Part shown: positions 49,541-62,549 of the stretch, piece by piece
Position numbering within the stretch: the stretch's first letter is position 1
Layout of the letters: each line of letters opens with the position of its first letter
From: Camelus ferus
Lineage: Eukaryota
Assembly: GCF_009834535.1 (NCBI RefSeq)
Contig: NC_045698.1
Span: 6,698,001-6,762,000, forward strand
Direction: 5' to 3'
DNA: 64,000 nucleotides
Made by a program: the position numbers and the translations under genes
The notes under the pieces: generated by a model
Database searches by the model: none
Told to the model about the DNA's origin: nothing
What the model saw: the letters and a program-made list of their open reading frames with translations, nothing else

Positions 49541-50984
49541 ACTTATTTTCCTTCCCAGGTGTAGTTCTGAAAGAGGAGCCCTTTCAGTCATGAGGGGGAG
49601 GACACACTCCCAGTTAGCAAGATCTGTGGCGTTAACACTGGTCCTCAATGGGGGACTGCAGTCACCCTAACATTCCATTCAGAGGGTGATATGATATTAA
49701 TGATATAATATTAACTCTGCAAATTCAGAGGGGCTTCTGGGTGATCAACAATAACTTTGTTCCATTTTGTTCTGTTTGTGCAATGGATTACCCTACAGAA
49801 CACCTAAAGAAAGATGGCAACATAATCACTATGTTGGGAAATAATCTCTTTGTGCAGATGTGAAAGGTTCTGTGTTCATTAGCTTAAAGATAAGGAGTGG
49901 GCATGGGGGCGGGGGGGGGGGACACAGACAACAGCCCTTAAGTAGATGAGTTGATAATATGTAAACAGTTTTCCTCATTCTTCCTAGAGAAGAGGCAGAA
50001 CAAAATTATTTCTTTACCAGCAGAGCCACCTCAGGTTAAACATTAGAGGGGGCTGACTTCGCATTTTATTGTCTAAGGAGGTTGTGAGATGCTAAGATCC
50101 CGGTAAATGCAGTGTCACTGAATTAATTTCCAGAGCCACCCCTCCACCCCTCACTACCACCAATCAAATTTGGAAGCGCTGCCTAAGGCTTTGCTCGCTA
50201 TACAAGAAGTCAAGCTCTTCCTTACCAGAGGAGTCAGCTGAGCATATGCATGGTCTCCGCAGTTCTACAACATTTAAAAGAAAACAAAATAAAAATGAAT
50301 TTTCTTCTGCAGATGGTAGGCGCTGGGTATAAGTTGTTAATTTTATCGGTTGAATTATTTTGCATAAAAGTACATTTCTGCATTTGCTAGAAACCCTCAT
50401 TTTGCCTGGGGATCTGATCGAGCCGCTTCTCAGTACGCAGCTCAGTTTGCAAAGGGAGGAAAATGATTGTAAATAGCTTCGCCTCTCCTCCAAAGTCCTT
50501 TCAGGCTTTGAAGCTGAGCCTTTAACGAAGGGAGAGGACGCTGGCTCCAAACTCCAGGTGCAGAGCTGTTTCTGGTAAGACTAAAAGGATGTTTTTCTTG
50601 CCAGATAGCATTCCCTCTGAATGTACTGTTTCCTAAACAAAGTGATTATACGCCAAATGGTGCAATTTCTCTCCTAGGAGCCTGGTTACTTGCTTCTTAG
50701 TTCCTGATATAATGGTTAGCTCTGGATTTTTTGGTAATTTTTGTCCCTTTGTTTTAATATTCCTGCATCAGAAGACACACTCAGAAGCTACAGACAGAAG
50801 AAATCAGTGTACATTGTGAATTTTCTTTATTATCAAAGCACACTTAATTATAAGCCTATAAGCAAATTGTTTCAAATTTGGTGAATTTCATTTCACTCCT
50901 CCCATCGATTTAAAACTAGAGCTTTTTTGCTATTGATGCCAAATTATTACCGCAACTTGTTTTATAATAATATCGACCAACTAA

Positions 50985-51162
50985 CCTTTTTATTGTAATA
51001 AGATACGGATAACATAAAACTGACCACGTTAGCTCTTTTTAGGTGTACAATTCAGTGGCATTAAGTTCATTCAAAGCGTACCAACCATCACCTCTGTCTC
51101 GTTCTAGAATCTTTCTGACTAAAACTGAACATGTCTGATAGTTCAACGGAATCTCCCTTCCC
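50985..51162 (-). mobile_element. L1MB-like 3' end
   Basis: TTTTTATTGT...AACATAAAA...GTGTACAATTCAGTGGCATTAAGT...AACCATCACC. Confidence 0.85.
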
Positions 51163-52387
51163 ATGGAAAATGAATGTCAGTTGCCAAATAATTTTATCAA
51201 ACAGTATTTTTTTTAATCAAAATAATTTCTCAAGCATAAGGGACTGGAAATTGCAAGAGGTTTATTTGCCTTTGGAAGTTCCGCCCACCACCCAAGTTCT
51301 GCCGTGCGCTCCAGCAAGGGTGCCTCTGGGGTGATGCCAGCGTCCTCCCCATGGAACTGTCACTCTGGCCCTACGCCTGCCCCGAAGGGACAACCCCAGA
51401 GCAACGTGCCGTGGAGTGCAGTTAGACCTAGAGAAATAAGCTGCGTTAATGGACTGTTCAAGGGCTCCTTGCGTAACTGAACTCATTTGCCATCTCATTT
51501 GTCACGCGTGTGGAGACACGGTATGCCAAGACCGCCTCCTTCAGAACAGAGAAGCTTGACATTTTGATAAGCGCAGTTGCAAAAGTAAGAACTGAGTTTC
51601 ACTCCTTTGTTTAACCCGGAGGTTCTTTTAATTCCCTGCATAGCAGTGCCGAGAACTCTGCTTCCTGAGACTCAATTGGACTAAGAGGACATCTGGGTTT
51701 GATTTCAGAGAAAAAAAAAAGGGCCAAGACAATGAAATGAGTGCCTTTCCAAATGCAACCTTTAGGTTCCTGAAATAATTCCATCCTGTTCCTCATCCCC
51801 CCTTCCCCGCCCCTCCCCGTGCAAGCCCCTAATCAAATCACAGACCCATCTGGCTGCTTTCAAATATGAAAGAAGGCTTTTAATTCATACCAAAAACTTA
51901 GGCTTCTCTAATGTTCCAAACTACGATTTTAAGCCCTTAATCATTCCTATGAATGCAAAAGCTTAAGAAATCTGGGGTAAAATAACCCTTATTTAGAATA
52001 TAAACTCCAGAATTTTATAATGAAAACAAAACGTGTTTCCCAGCAGTGAAAGCACTACGTGTCTCACTTCACAAGAATATGAGCCTCACTGATGGAGCCC
52101 CACACCTGACCACGACCTGGCAAAGAGAGGCCACCTGTAAATATTTGCTGGATGAATAACTCTCCAGGGAAGTCAGTGTTGTGGGGCCTAATGACAACAT
52201 GGTTTAACCTACTCCAGAGGCAATGGTGGGGGCTGGGGGTGGTGGGCAGGGAGGGTGTCCACTAACCTCTCTCTATGTTCATTCTCAGTGTTTCCTGACC
52301 CTCTTCCCTCACTCCCTGTCTGCTGCCGGCTTCTCTACATTTAGTCTCTGCTTCCCCCTCCTCCTTCTCACCATTGCCCTCATGTCT

Positions 52388-53370
52388 TGCTCTAGATGGA
52401 ATGTTGATGTCCCTCCAGAATTCTTACATGGAAGCTTCATCCTCAGTGTAATGGTATTTGGGGATGGCGTCTTTAGGAAGTGATTATGTCATGAGGGTGG
52501 AGCCCTTGTTACTGACCTAATACTGAGAAACAAGTGTTGAGTAAAAGGAAAGATGGCTTTATTGAGGAAGCTGGCCATCTGGCGAGAAGGTGGACTCATG
52601 TCCCAAAAAACCAACCCCCCTCCCTGCCACTGACAATCAGGGGGAGCCACAGGGGGAAGAATTTTAAAGGGGAATTTCAGGGATACATAGAAGAGGGAGG
52701 GGCTACGTGCAGAACAGCACAGTCAGCTCTGACAATCATCTTGAAATTAGTCATGTGGTGGTCTGATCACAAACCTTGATTGTTTTAAGTACAGTTAATC
52801 TCAAGTCCAACCTTGGTTTGTTCTCATTTCCTTGAGACCAATTCTTGGAATTGTGCAAGATAGAACAGCTTATGTCTGGTCATTAAGTAGTTAACTTTTC
52901 CACCTGGAAGCGTTTCAGTGTCTGTAAAATAGCTCAAAGGATATGGCTCAGAGCATTATCTATAGCCCTGGAGAAGGAACTAAGGATCCTCGATTTTGCT
53001 TGATGGCAAACTATTATTATTTTGCCTTATTTGACTGCTCTCCTTTGCTTCTGCATTTTCTAACTTCCCTGGTTAAATATATTGTTGACTAAAGTTTCTC
53101 TACAAACAAGAGGCAGACAGAGGATATGGTGGGGGCTCTGTCCTGGGAAGACCTCACAGGGTCTGCTCCATTATGCCCCTGTGAAAGGGATGGGTTCCCT
53201 GATAAAAGAGGTCCCAGAGCTCCCTCTCTGCTTCTGCCACATGAGGACACAGGGAGAAGTTGACTGTCTCTGAACCAGAACTCAGAGCCTCACCAGACAA
53301 CAGATCCACCAGTGCTTTGTGCTTGGACTTCTCAGCCTCTGGAAGCGTGAGAAGCAGGTGTCTGCTGTTA
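52388..53370 (+). mobile_element. MLT1A-like MaLR LTR split by a nested LTR (pieces 52388-52506 and 53176-53370)
   Basis: ATGGTATTTGGGGATGG...TCATGAGGGTGGAGCCCT resumes as CCCCTGTGAAAGGGAT...ATAAAAGAG...ATGAGGACACAG...TTGGACTTCTCAGCCTC. Confidence 0.88.
52507..53175 (-). mobile_element. ERV1 solo LTR, cetartiodactyl MER41-like
   Basis: TG terminus, minus-strand AATAAA at 52558-52563, and CCCT on both sides. The text ACAGCACAGTCAGCTCTGACA..CATCTTGAAATT...AAGTACAGTTAATCT...GGATATGGCTCAGA...TATCTATAGCCC matches my recollection of MER41_BT-type consensus. Confidence 0.8.
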
Positions 53371-55889
53371 GAGTGTGTTTGCCGGGGAGCCCAAGGTTGC
53401 TGAGAGCTTTTCTCCTTCTATTTAATTCTCGTGTCTTCCTCCGTGACTTTTCTCTTCCCTCTTCCTCTCGTTTGACATTTCACTTCCTCTCCCCTGTCTA
53501 CTTGCTCCCTTATTTAGAAAATACACATAACAGAGTTGTGTTTTAAATTGGTATTCTGATTTATTAAGTATCAGTCTCCCAATTCTTACTTTTTCTTATG
53601 GAGCATTAAAATCTTACAGGCATCTGCATTACAACAAAGGACAACCTATTTTTTACTTGTCTTTGGCAAAACAAAAAAGGGTGTGTCTCTATGCTGGCAA
53701 ATACAGCAGTGTTCCAGAAAGATGGCCTGTTCCCATAAGATGGAAATTAGTTATCCAACTGCCCACAGTTCCTATTTTATGAAGAAACTAGAACACAGAC
53801 TTGGTGGGGGGAGAATCCTTTTGGAGATAAATGACAACTTTGCTCTTTTAATTGGGATGCCTCAGGTGGCATCTTACCTGAGTTAGGGGACTAGGTAGAT
53901 GCCTTGTGAGGAAGGAATTCTATTATCCACAGTGTCTGCTTCCCCAATTCCAGATTTCCCTTCAGTTAATGTTGATACAACATACATTAAATTGAGGGGC
54001 ATCCATGCTTCAGCAGAGTGCAATTTCTGAATTACTAGGAGAAGAGAAACCTATGGCTTATTTCTTATGTTAACAAAAATAAGTGTGCAACTTCCTTCTG
54101 GCACTTTCTATAGGAGAATCAATACTTATTTCTCATCCTGTATCCTTCTCCTTAGATTAAAGGAATAACTGACAGAAGTTAATCAGCAGTGTTAGCAGGA
54201 CTCATCACACTGTCCTGTCCTGGTTTCATTTTTAAAAAGTGGTATAATGTTGATGGACTGGAAGAGAATACTAGATAGTTCATCCTTCCCAGTTTCAAAC
54301 CTCTGAGTTTTCAAGCTCTCCAGACAGGTTAACTGAAACAGATTCTTCGATACAACATGAGAAAAATCTTTTTCTGTTCACATCATCTCCATTGGAACTG
54401 TTGCTTTTTGCAAACTTGTAGAAGAAGTCATCGCTAGCTTATTTTTCTTAGTTGGTGGATTAATTCGCTTCCACCGTGTGTCTCTGCAGTCTCCCCATTC
54501 ATTCAGCTTGCATCTGCCTTGGCGCAGGGCTCCCCCACTTCTGGATGGAAAGACAAGAAGTGTGACTTGATGACTAGCCTACCTGTGATTTCCAGATGCC
54601 TTTGTCCGCCTCCTGATGATTCCCAAGCTCTTGCCAGGGAAGGGGAGCTAGCACGCCAGGAGGCACAGGCTCTTCCTCAGTCAGCGTGGGTGGAGGACGG
54701 AGGGCTGAATCACAAGGGAACAAAAGGGCAGAAAATAGCATACCTTGCCATCCTCATAACCTTTGCCAAAATTTCTCTTTTGAGGCTATAAATTCATTTC
54801 TTTCCAATAAGAAGCTTTGTTGAATAAAAGTATTCTTAAAATTGCTATTAAGTGCACCATTCTGTTCAAGATAAAACCATTAAACATTTGCTTTACTATA
54901 ATTAAGCCCAATACACAGCAATTGGAAACATTTGTCCAAATGCTGAAAGATTTGCTATCAGCTTAGTATGAGCTGAGAAGCCAAAGGACACATGCACGTT
55001 CACTGAGCCCCAGGGAGCTTGTTTTGTTTTGTTTTGACACTGAGAAAAGGCAGGTGGCTCAAACCCAGGACAATCTCTTTATCTCCTCAGACTAAACCTG
55101 TTCAGTTCTGCCCTGTTCACATCTACAAGTGCCATCGTTCCTGGACCAGAGATTGAGGGGAGCCCTAAAACCAGACAGACGGCAGTGGAGGAAAGCAGAG
55201 GGCCAGAGAAAGGTCAAGGGCAGCCTGAGTGGTGCACCCAGATGGGAATAAACTTGGTTGATGGGCTGTTGTGTAAGGAAAGCTGGTCCCCTGGTCTCTC
55301 AGAGCTGGCCATGAGAATCTGGACTATTTTCAATTACATTGCACGCCGTCTAGATGTTTATCTGCAATGCTCTGTGACTTTTTAAGGCACAAAAGGATTG
55401 ATTGACTGATAATGACTGTAGGTTCATGATGAATGAAAACTACCTACCGTTCACTGAGGCATCCATTTAAGTCTACCCATCTAGCCAGCAGATGGTAAAT
55501 AACGTGGAAATGCAGGATAACCTGATTGAGAACATTAATTTTTTTCCCTGTGGTTATGAAAGGAAAAGAAGCTTATTTCCTTTGCTTTTCTCTCCCCAAA
55601 TGGAGGCGAAGAGCTAGGTCCTTGCAGAAGAGGTGTGAGAAGGGGCAGAGAGAAGAGAATGGACCAGCCCACACGGCGGGAGTTGCTGGGGCTGGGGGAA
55701 GGCTACTGATGGGGAGTTCTGCTGGGGAGACTTGGCCTCCAGGGAGGACCTCATCTGCTGGCCACCTATTAAGGTAGCTCGTGGGGGCTTGAAGACTGAC
55801 ACCTGCGAGCTGTGCCTTTGAGGTTGCATGGAAGAGCCAAGTCACCAGATTGGTCACTAGGAAGTAGAGATTTGCCTACCTTTGGGTGG

Positions 55890-56107
55890 CCCAAGGAAAA
55901 ATCTGCAGACTGTGGCCCACGGGCCACATCCAGGCTGCAGCCTGTTTTTGTAAATAAGGTTTTCTTGGCACGTGGCCAAGTTCATTCATTTATGCTATCT
56001 GTGCAGCTCTCACACTCCAAGGGCAGAGCTGAGTGGCTGGGACAGAGACCACAACGTCTGGGGTATTTAATAATTGGCTCTTTACCGAAATAACGGGCTG
56101 ACCCCTG
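55890..56107 (-). mobile_element. MER58A-like hAT MITE
   Basis: GGCCCACGGGCCA...GCCTGTTTTTGTAAATAAGGTTTT...GCAGAGCTGAGT...ACAGAGACC...CTGACCCCTG. Confidence 0.88.
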
Positions 56108-56414
56108 AACTGTGAGCTTGGAATGTGGGTTTAGATGATGAGCGTGGTGGTGGTTCTGGTCAAAGCCTGACGTTCGGAGGTCCTTTGCACATTTTCTGGA
56201 TCACTTAAGCCCTCAAGGAGACTGGTGAGATCCGAGGCCAGGATGAGTAATGTAACCAGTAATGACTCACAGGGCACCTTCCCCATCAACCCAATTCTAG
56301 CCAGTTAAATATGAGATGGTGTTTTATATTTCTAACATGGTATACATGTTAGAAATTAAATAATGTGAGTTTCTTGGACTAAAGCATTGTAACACATTTA
56401 TACCCATTACCTAC

Positions 56415-56902
56415 TGCATTCGTTTCCCACCACTGCTGTAACAAGTGACCTCAAACTCAGTGACTTAAAACAACACAAATGGATTCTTTCGCAGTTTGGA
56501 GCTTAGAAGCTCCAGATCAGCCTCACTGGACTAAAATCAAGGTGTTGGCAGGGCTGTGCTCCGAGGAAGCTCCGAGGGGAGAATCTGTTCTTTGTCTTCT
56601 AGAGGCCCCTGCAGTCCTTGGCTTGTGGTCCCTTCTTCTACCTTCAAAGCCAGCAAGACGGCATCTTCTCTCCTCTCTGACCTCTGCTTCTGTTGTCACA
56701 TCTTCTTTGACTCTGACCCCCTCTGCTTCCCTCTTATAAGTATCCTGTGATTACTGACCCACCAGATAATCCAGGATAATCTCCTCGGTATAAAATCCTT
56801 AACTTAATCAGTCTGCAAAGTCCTTTTTGTCATGTGAAGTGACATATTTACAGGCACCACAGATTAGAACAGGCATCTTCAGGGGTCATATTCAGTCTAA
56901 TG
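56415..56902 (-). mobile_element. MaLR solo LTR (MLT1C/D-like)
   Basis: GCTGTAACAA...CTTAAAACAACACAAAT...AAATCAAGGTGTTGGCAGGGCTG...GATAATCCAGGATAATCTC...TCTGCAAAGTCC. Confidence 0.92.
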
Positions 56903-57415
56903 AGGCTTTCATACTGCCTTCAGCATGTGAGGAATTGCTGGACAGCCATGCACGACTACAGGAAATAGGTCTGTTCTGGTCCAGTAAAGAGTCTCTACTT
57001 TTTATTCATCTTCAGCTCTCATTCAGGAAAGGGGTGAGTGGTAATGGCACAGGCGGTTCCTTGTGAGTGGCATGTGTCACCACTCCCTGCTGGCTGAGAA
57101 CAGCCCCTCTCTGGGCAGTGGAGTGGGCTCTTGGACAAGCTGGTTCTGCAACCTCAGAAGGCTTCTCTGGTCCTATACCTCCCTGACTCCCCATCTGTGC
57201 CCTGAAGGGCCCTCACTGTCATATCATGTCATGTTCCTCCTTGGCCACATCTTGGGTGGACTTGGGAAGAATGCTCCTTTTGGGGGAAAGCAGGTAAAGT
57301 TTTAGTAACCCAGTTCTTATGATTGCAGATATAGAGACCAGGAAACTGCCTCGGGAGAGTCAAATATTCAGAGGCTGTTAATGACCAGACTCCAGATAGA
57401 TTTAGAAAGAGTTGT

Positions 57416-57617
57416 GAAAGAAAAGAAAAGAAAAGAAAAGAAAAGAAAAGAAAAGAAAAGAAAAGAAAAGAAAAGAAAAGAAAAGAAAGAAAGGAAGGAA
57501 GGAAGGAAGGAAGGAAAAAGGAAAGGGGGAAGGAAAAAGGAAAGGGGGAAAGAAAAAGGAAAGGGGGAAAGAAAGGAAGGAAAAAGGAAAGGGGGAAAGA
57601 AGGAAAGAAAAGAAAGG
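57416..57617. repeat. Compound pure-purine tract: (AAAAG)n, (GGAA)n and a 19-bp unit
   Basis: Directly visible. No C or T on the + strand across the interval. Confidence 0.97.
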
Positions 57618-57626
57618 CTTCTGGTC

Positions 57627-58011
57627 TGCTATGGGCTGAAGTGTATTCTCCACAAATTCATGTGTTAAAAATCCTGCTCCTGGAACCTCAGAATAGGACT
57701 GGATTTGGAGATAGGGCCTTTAAAGAAGTAATTAAGGTCAAATGAGATCAGACGGTTGGACCCTAATTCAATATGACTGGTGTCCCTATGAGAAGAGGAG
57801 ATTAGGACCAGACAGGAACAGAGGGAAAACCACATGAGGACACAGGGAGAAGGCAGCCATCTGCAAGTCAAGGAGAGAGGCCTCAGGAGAAACCAAACCT
57901 GCCAACGCCTTGACCTTGGACTCCCAGCCTCCAGACTGTGAGAAGTACATTTCAGTTGTTTGAGCCCCTACTCTGTGGTGCTCTGTTGTGGCTGCTCTAA
58001 GAACCAACACA
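57627..58011 (+). mobile_element. MLT1B-like MaLR LTR, full length
   Basis: TGCTATGGGCTGAA...TTTGGAGATAGGGCCTTTAAAGA...ATGACTGGTGTCC...CCAGCCTCCAGACTGTGAGA...AACACA. Confidence 0.92.
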
Positions 58012-59893
58012 GATTCCAAGCAGTGGAAGCTCTGGAAGGTAGAGGTATCACTGAATTATTAGCAGCCAACACTCCCAGCCCCTGGAGACACAACCCAGGA
58101 AGGTCACCCAAGCCGGCCACCGAAACCGCGTCTACGCAGCAGGTGAGCTCCAATCACAGGAAGAGAGAGCAGATGCTGGAGAGTCAAGAAGAATGACTTT
58201 TTGCTGCTCTGAGCTGTTAAACTCAAAATGGGGTCATTATTGGAACTTTTGAAGTTGGAGATTGAAACCTCTTTGTTGGCAGAATATCTTTGCCTTAAAA
58301 ATAGCATCCAATGAAAAAAATGGCACCTAATGGTAAAAAAAAAAAAAAAAAAAGTACCCAACGCTAAGGCCCAACAAGATCTGAATCCCTGTTGCTTTGT
58401 CATCATGGCAGCAGGCTCTGCAGTGACCCCATTTTCACTCTCCCTTTGCCCCACATGGGGTCTGGAAAAGCCACTGAGTGCCTAGGGCAGGGTGGAGAGA
58501 TAGGTCACGTTCTCCTCCCCCGCTGCCTAGGTGCTTTAGAGTAGCAGCTGTCCACTTACAGAACATCACGTTTCCTTTGTGCCTTAATCTCCCCAGACTA
58601 GTCTTCACTCCACACCAGATGGATGGATTCTTCCATGGTTTTCTATTTCCCACCCAGGTGCTCCTGTGCCTGGCAGGGATTAGAGACCACTGTTCTTCTC
58701 TTCCTTTAAAAGTTCTGTCCTATGGAAAGGTTTCTCTTCAATGCTCTGCTGTAAACCCTGCTCGTGATTTCCCTCCCTGATCACAGATATTTTGCGTCGT
58801 AGATTCTTACTTCTCATTTCTCCTGTGCTGTTCCACCCTGCATCAAGCGCAGAGTGAATAATGGAAACAATGTTCACCTGTATTTTCCATGCTTGGTGGA
58901 ACAGTGGCGGCTCATAGCAGGGGGCATCAAAAGGTGAAGGTACAATAAGACATTTGATTTAGTAACAAAGAGGTGACTTTGAACAAGATGAGATGCCAAC
59001 TTTTGGACTAATATTTACACAGTGGTATATTTCAGCAGTGACTCACAATATGTTTTTTAAGCAGCCTACGTGTATTCTGTTGTATAGGACACAAGACAAA
59101 GAAATACAAATATTTGGGGTTTTTTTTTGTTGTTGTTACTATCGAAGCTGGAAAAGTTTAGGGTGTTTTCTTAGTAAAGAGTCTTGGTGTGGTCAGGAAG
59201 AGGTCTGCGAGCCCATGAGCAATTTCTCTATAAGAAAACTGTATCACATTGCACTTCCTGCTGAATTTAGTTTTCAGATATTGAATGCATATAAACTAAA
59301 TGGACATTCATAAAAAGGATTCAGCTGGGTAAAAACAAATGAAGTCTGGATCTTTCTTTGTTTCTGATCTGAAGACTGCTACAATCAGAAGTGAAATACA
59401 ATGAAAAGTGTCGTTTAAGCAGCAGAAACCATTAGGAACTATTAAGAGCTATTTAAAGAAGGTAGGTGGGCAAGATGGTTCCAAATAGGCAGATAAAAAG
59501 ATTTTCAGCCACCAACAATGTTGTACAAAGATGCTCAGGGCACGTACGATGAGCTGTATGGCTGGTTGTCCTCAGCGAACTCATTAGTGGGGTAAGGTCA
59601 TGGGGACCTGGAGCTCAACGGAAGAGGCAGGTGTGGAGAGTCTCTGTTATTCACAGGACTGATACTGAAATCAGCTCCTTGTGTGTTTGATGGACAGCAG
59701 TTCACCAGGAGGTGGATTCCACGGGAAAGAAGCCTGCGAAAGAGCTACAGAGGAAGCAAGTCTATTCAATTCTGCAATCCAGCTGGTGGTCTCCTTAACT
59801 GATGCCATGGGTCATCCCCTCAATCACTGTTTACTGAAGATCTGAGAAGCGCAGTCACTCAGTCGATCCCAGGAGTGAATCGGGCAGTGTCTC

Positions 59894-60248
59894 TCTCTTA
59901 GTTCGCTCAGGCTGTTGCGACAAAGTACCCACAGACTGTGTGGCTTATAAACAATACATTTTATTTCTCACTAGTTCTGGAGAACTGAGAAGTCCAGGTC
60001 AAGGCACCAGCATGGTGGAATTCTGCTGAGAGCCCTCTTCCTGGGTCATAGCTGCCACCTTCTTACTGTGTCCTCACGTGGCTAAAGATGTCTTTGGACC
60101 CTCATTCATAAGGGCACTGATCCCATTCACAAGGGCTCCACCTTCATGACCCAAGCACCTGCCAAAGGCTCCACCTCCTACTTTCATCTTTGAAGGTTAG
60201 GCTTCCAACATATGAGTTTGGCAGAGACATAAAATTCAGATCATAGGT
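59894..60248 (-). mobile_element. MLT1A-like MaLR solo LTR
   Basis: TCTTAGTTCGCTCAGGCTG...GGCTTATAAACAA...TGTGTCCTCACGTGG...AAGGGCACTGATCCCATTCA. Flanking GTCTC at 59889-59893 and 60249-60253. Confidence 0.92.
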
Positions 60249-60294
60249 GTCTCTTTCTTCTTGGAGCTAAGATTCCAGAGGGAGAATAGGCGAC

Positions 60295-60620
60295 CCTGCT
60301 ATCCTGTGGGTGAGGGGGTGGAGACTGGAGGGGAAGAGGGTAGAGTCTTCTATAGTGTGTTTGTATGAGGTCTCATTGAGAGAGAGGTCTTTGAGTGGGA
60401 CGGAACAGGCAAAGAGACTAAACGCAAAGATTCTCAAGTGACAGTGAAGTTGACAACCTCCAGGAACAAGAGGAGGGTGAGGCTGGGGCAGGGCTGATGA
60501 GGGAGGTGACAGACTCAGACAGTGGTCAGACATGGGAGGCCTTATAAGGAAGCAGGATTCCATCCTTCATGGATGGGAAGCCATTGGAGTTTTTCACAAC
60601 TGGAAAGATCTAGAAAGATG
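60295..60620 (-). mobile_element. LINE-2 fragment
   Basis: AGGTCTCATTGAG...TTTGAG...AGGAACAAGAGGAGG...GATGGGAAGCCATTGGAGTTTT. Confidence 0.7.
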
Positions 60621-60949
60621 TTAAGTCCAACTGTTGATCTCACTTGCCATCACCACAGAACACAGAATGGGAATCGAGACCCTGAAATCCCAGAACAGGC
60701 TTTATCACATGTTAGCTCATTGGCTGCAGCAAATCATTTAAATCCATCTGGGACCTGCTGTTTCACAAATAAGGTGCTGAACTCAAAGACGCCAAGTTAC
60801 TTTTTGCTCTTACTGATCTGTATAATTTATAATGGGAATATGGTGTTATCAAAAACTTTCATATTGAATTTAATCATGCTTTATGCATGATTTTTATTTT
60901 AGTGGAATAAAAAATGATAGGATTCAAAGATTCCCAATTGGCTCATTTA

Positions 60950-62540
60950 ATTTCTTTTTAGCTTTATATATAAAAAGCATAAATAAGTGAAAGTAACTCC
61001 ATTGTATATACATATAACCCCCCCACAGACACAGACACTTATCTTACCACCCAGCAGTTTTTCCACATTGTACATCACCCCAATGTGATTGACACCCCTG
61101 GAACTCTACCACAGAATTCCAGCCGCAACAACCCCTCCAGAGATGACCACTGACTAAATCAGTTCGGATCTGTCTCTGCTGGACCTTTGAACATATTGCT
61201 ACGAAGCCATGTGTCTGGGAATTTCTAGCCTTGTGAGTCTCACTTCCTAAAGCCGAACCCAGAGGTCTTGGGGCCCCAGATTTTGGCAACTGAGTCCCAG
61301 ATGTGTCCAGGTTCCACCAAGCTGATTCTCACATGCAGGCCCTGCTTTGGGAAGGAGCAGCCCAGAGAGGAGGGTCCAGTGGGATCTACTTTTGTTGGAG
61401 GCATCTGGATCCTGGGAGTGGCAGCACTTGCCTGCCTAGTCCCTGGAACAAAAGTGGCATGGGACCTGGGGCAGCAGCAGCTGTGGTCAGTCCTGGAGCA
61501 GTGCAAACTGTAACATCCCAGGCCTAGTGACAGCAAAGGTCCCACTGTCGCTGTCACTCCAGTCCTTGTGCATGTCCAGTCCAGGGGCACATTTCCTTTA
61601 AGTGGTGAGCTTGTTTCTCTAAAGTCTTGAGATTATCATGGGCTCCTCGGTCTACTCGTTTCTGCTGAATCCACCATAATTAGTTATTGTTACTTGCAAC
61701 TACTAACCTGGTCTGATCCTGGCTCTCCTAGGTTGTGAAGACATCTCCCCAGAATCTTTATACATACAAGCAATGGTGTACTTTTATATTTATGAATGGA
61801 ACTCTGCTGTACACACTGGTGAGCACAGACCCATCCATTCTCATCAGAAGCCATGATATCCATGGTACTGTATCTTACACCATAATTTCCTTAACAAACC
61901 CCCCCACATTTGAGAGATTTACATTTGAGAGATTTTCCTATTTTAACTATCATATACAATGTAGCAGTGAGAACTCTGACACAGATATCTTTACCAATTC
62001 ACAATGTGGTTTTTGTGCAGACTCCTAGCAGTAAGAATGCTGGATTATAATATGTGCATATTAAAATTTTTAACATACGAAATATATTTTAAAAGGTATA
62101 CGAATCCATACTTGCAGTACAGATGCACGAAGAAGCCAGTTTCCCCACACTTAGACTAACACTTGATGTGAGTAGTCTTTTTAAATGTTCCCATTTTGAA
62201 CGGCAAAACTGCACCTCTTTAATTTACACTTTAAAATGTATTAATGAGATTAACCATATTTTTTATATATTTATTGGTCACGTGTTTTTCATCTGTGTTT
62301 TGTCTATTTACACCTTTTGTCTATTTTTTTTTATTAATAGAGAGCACATTGTAAATGTATTGTAAATATATATAACATGTATATTATGTAAATATAACAT
62401 ACATTGTGTATGTATTATAAATATATAATATATATAAAACATGTATGTTATATAGCATGCAATTTACATACATTATATTGCACATAATTTCTCGAAGCTT
62501 CTCTCGTATCTTTTAATTTCATTTATGATATCTTCTACTA
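60950..62540 (-). mobile_element. Old L1ME-like 3' region, interrupted at ~61190-61720
   Basis: CCCTCCAGAGATGACCACTG...CCATAATTT...CAGTTTCCCCACAC...ATATTTATTGGTCA...TTTTGTCTATTTTT, in reverse L1 order. Confidence 0.78.
61190..61720 (+). mobile_element. ERVL LTR (LTR33-like) nested in the L1
   Basis: GC-richer block with CCACCAAGCTGA...GTGGCAGC...GGCAGCAGCAG...TTGTTACTTGCAACTA...CTGAT terminus. Confidence 0.6.
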
Positions 62541-62549
62541 CCCCTGTTA

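Noticed and set aside
57381..57668. Lys/Arg/Glu-rich and Phe/Ser-rich ORFs
   Set aside because: They are translations of the polypurine simple repeat.
58012..58050. MaLR internal sequence following the MLT1B LTR
   Set aside because: The resemblance is faint and very short, so it cannot be supported by eye.
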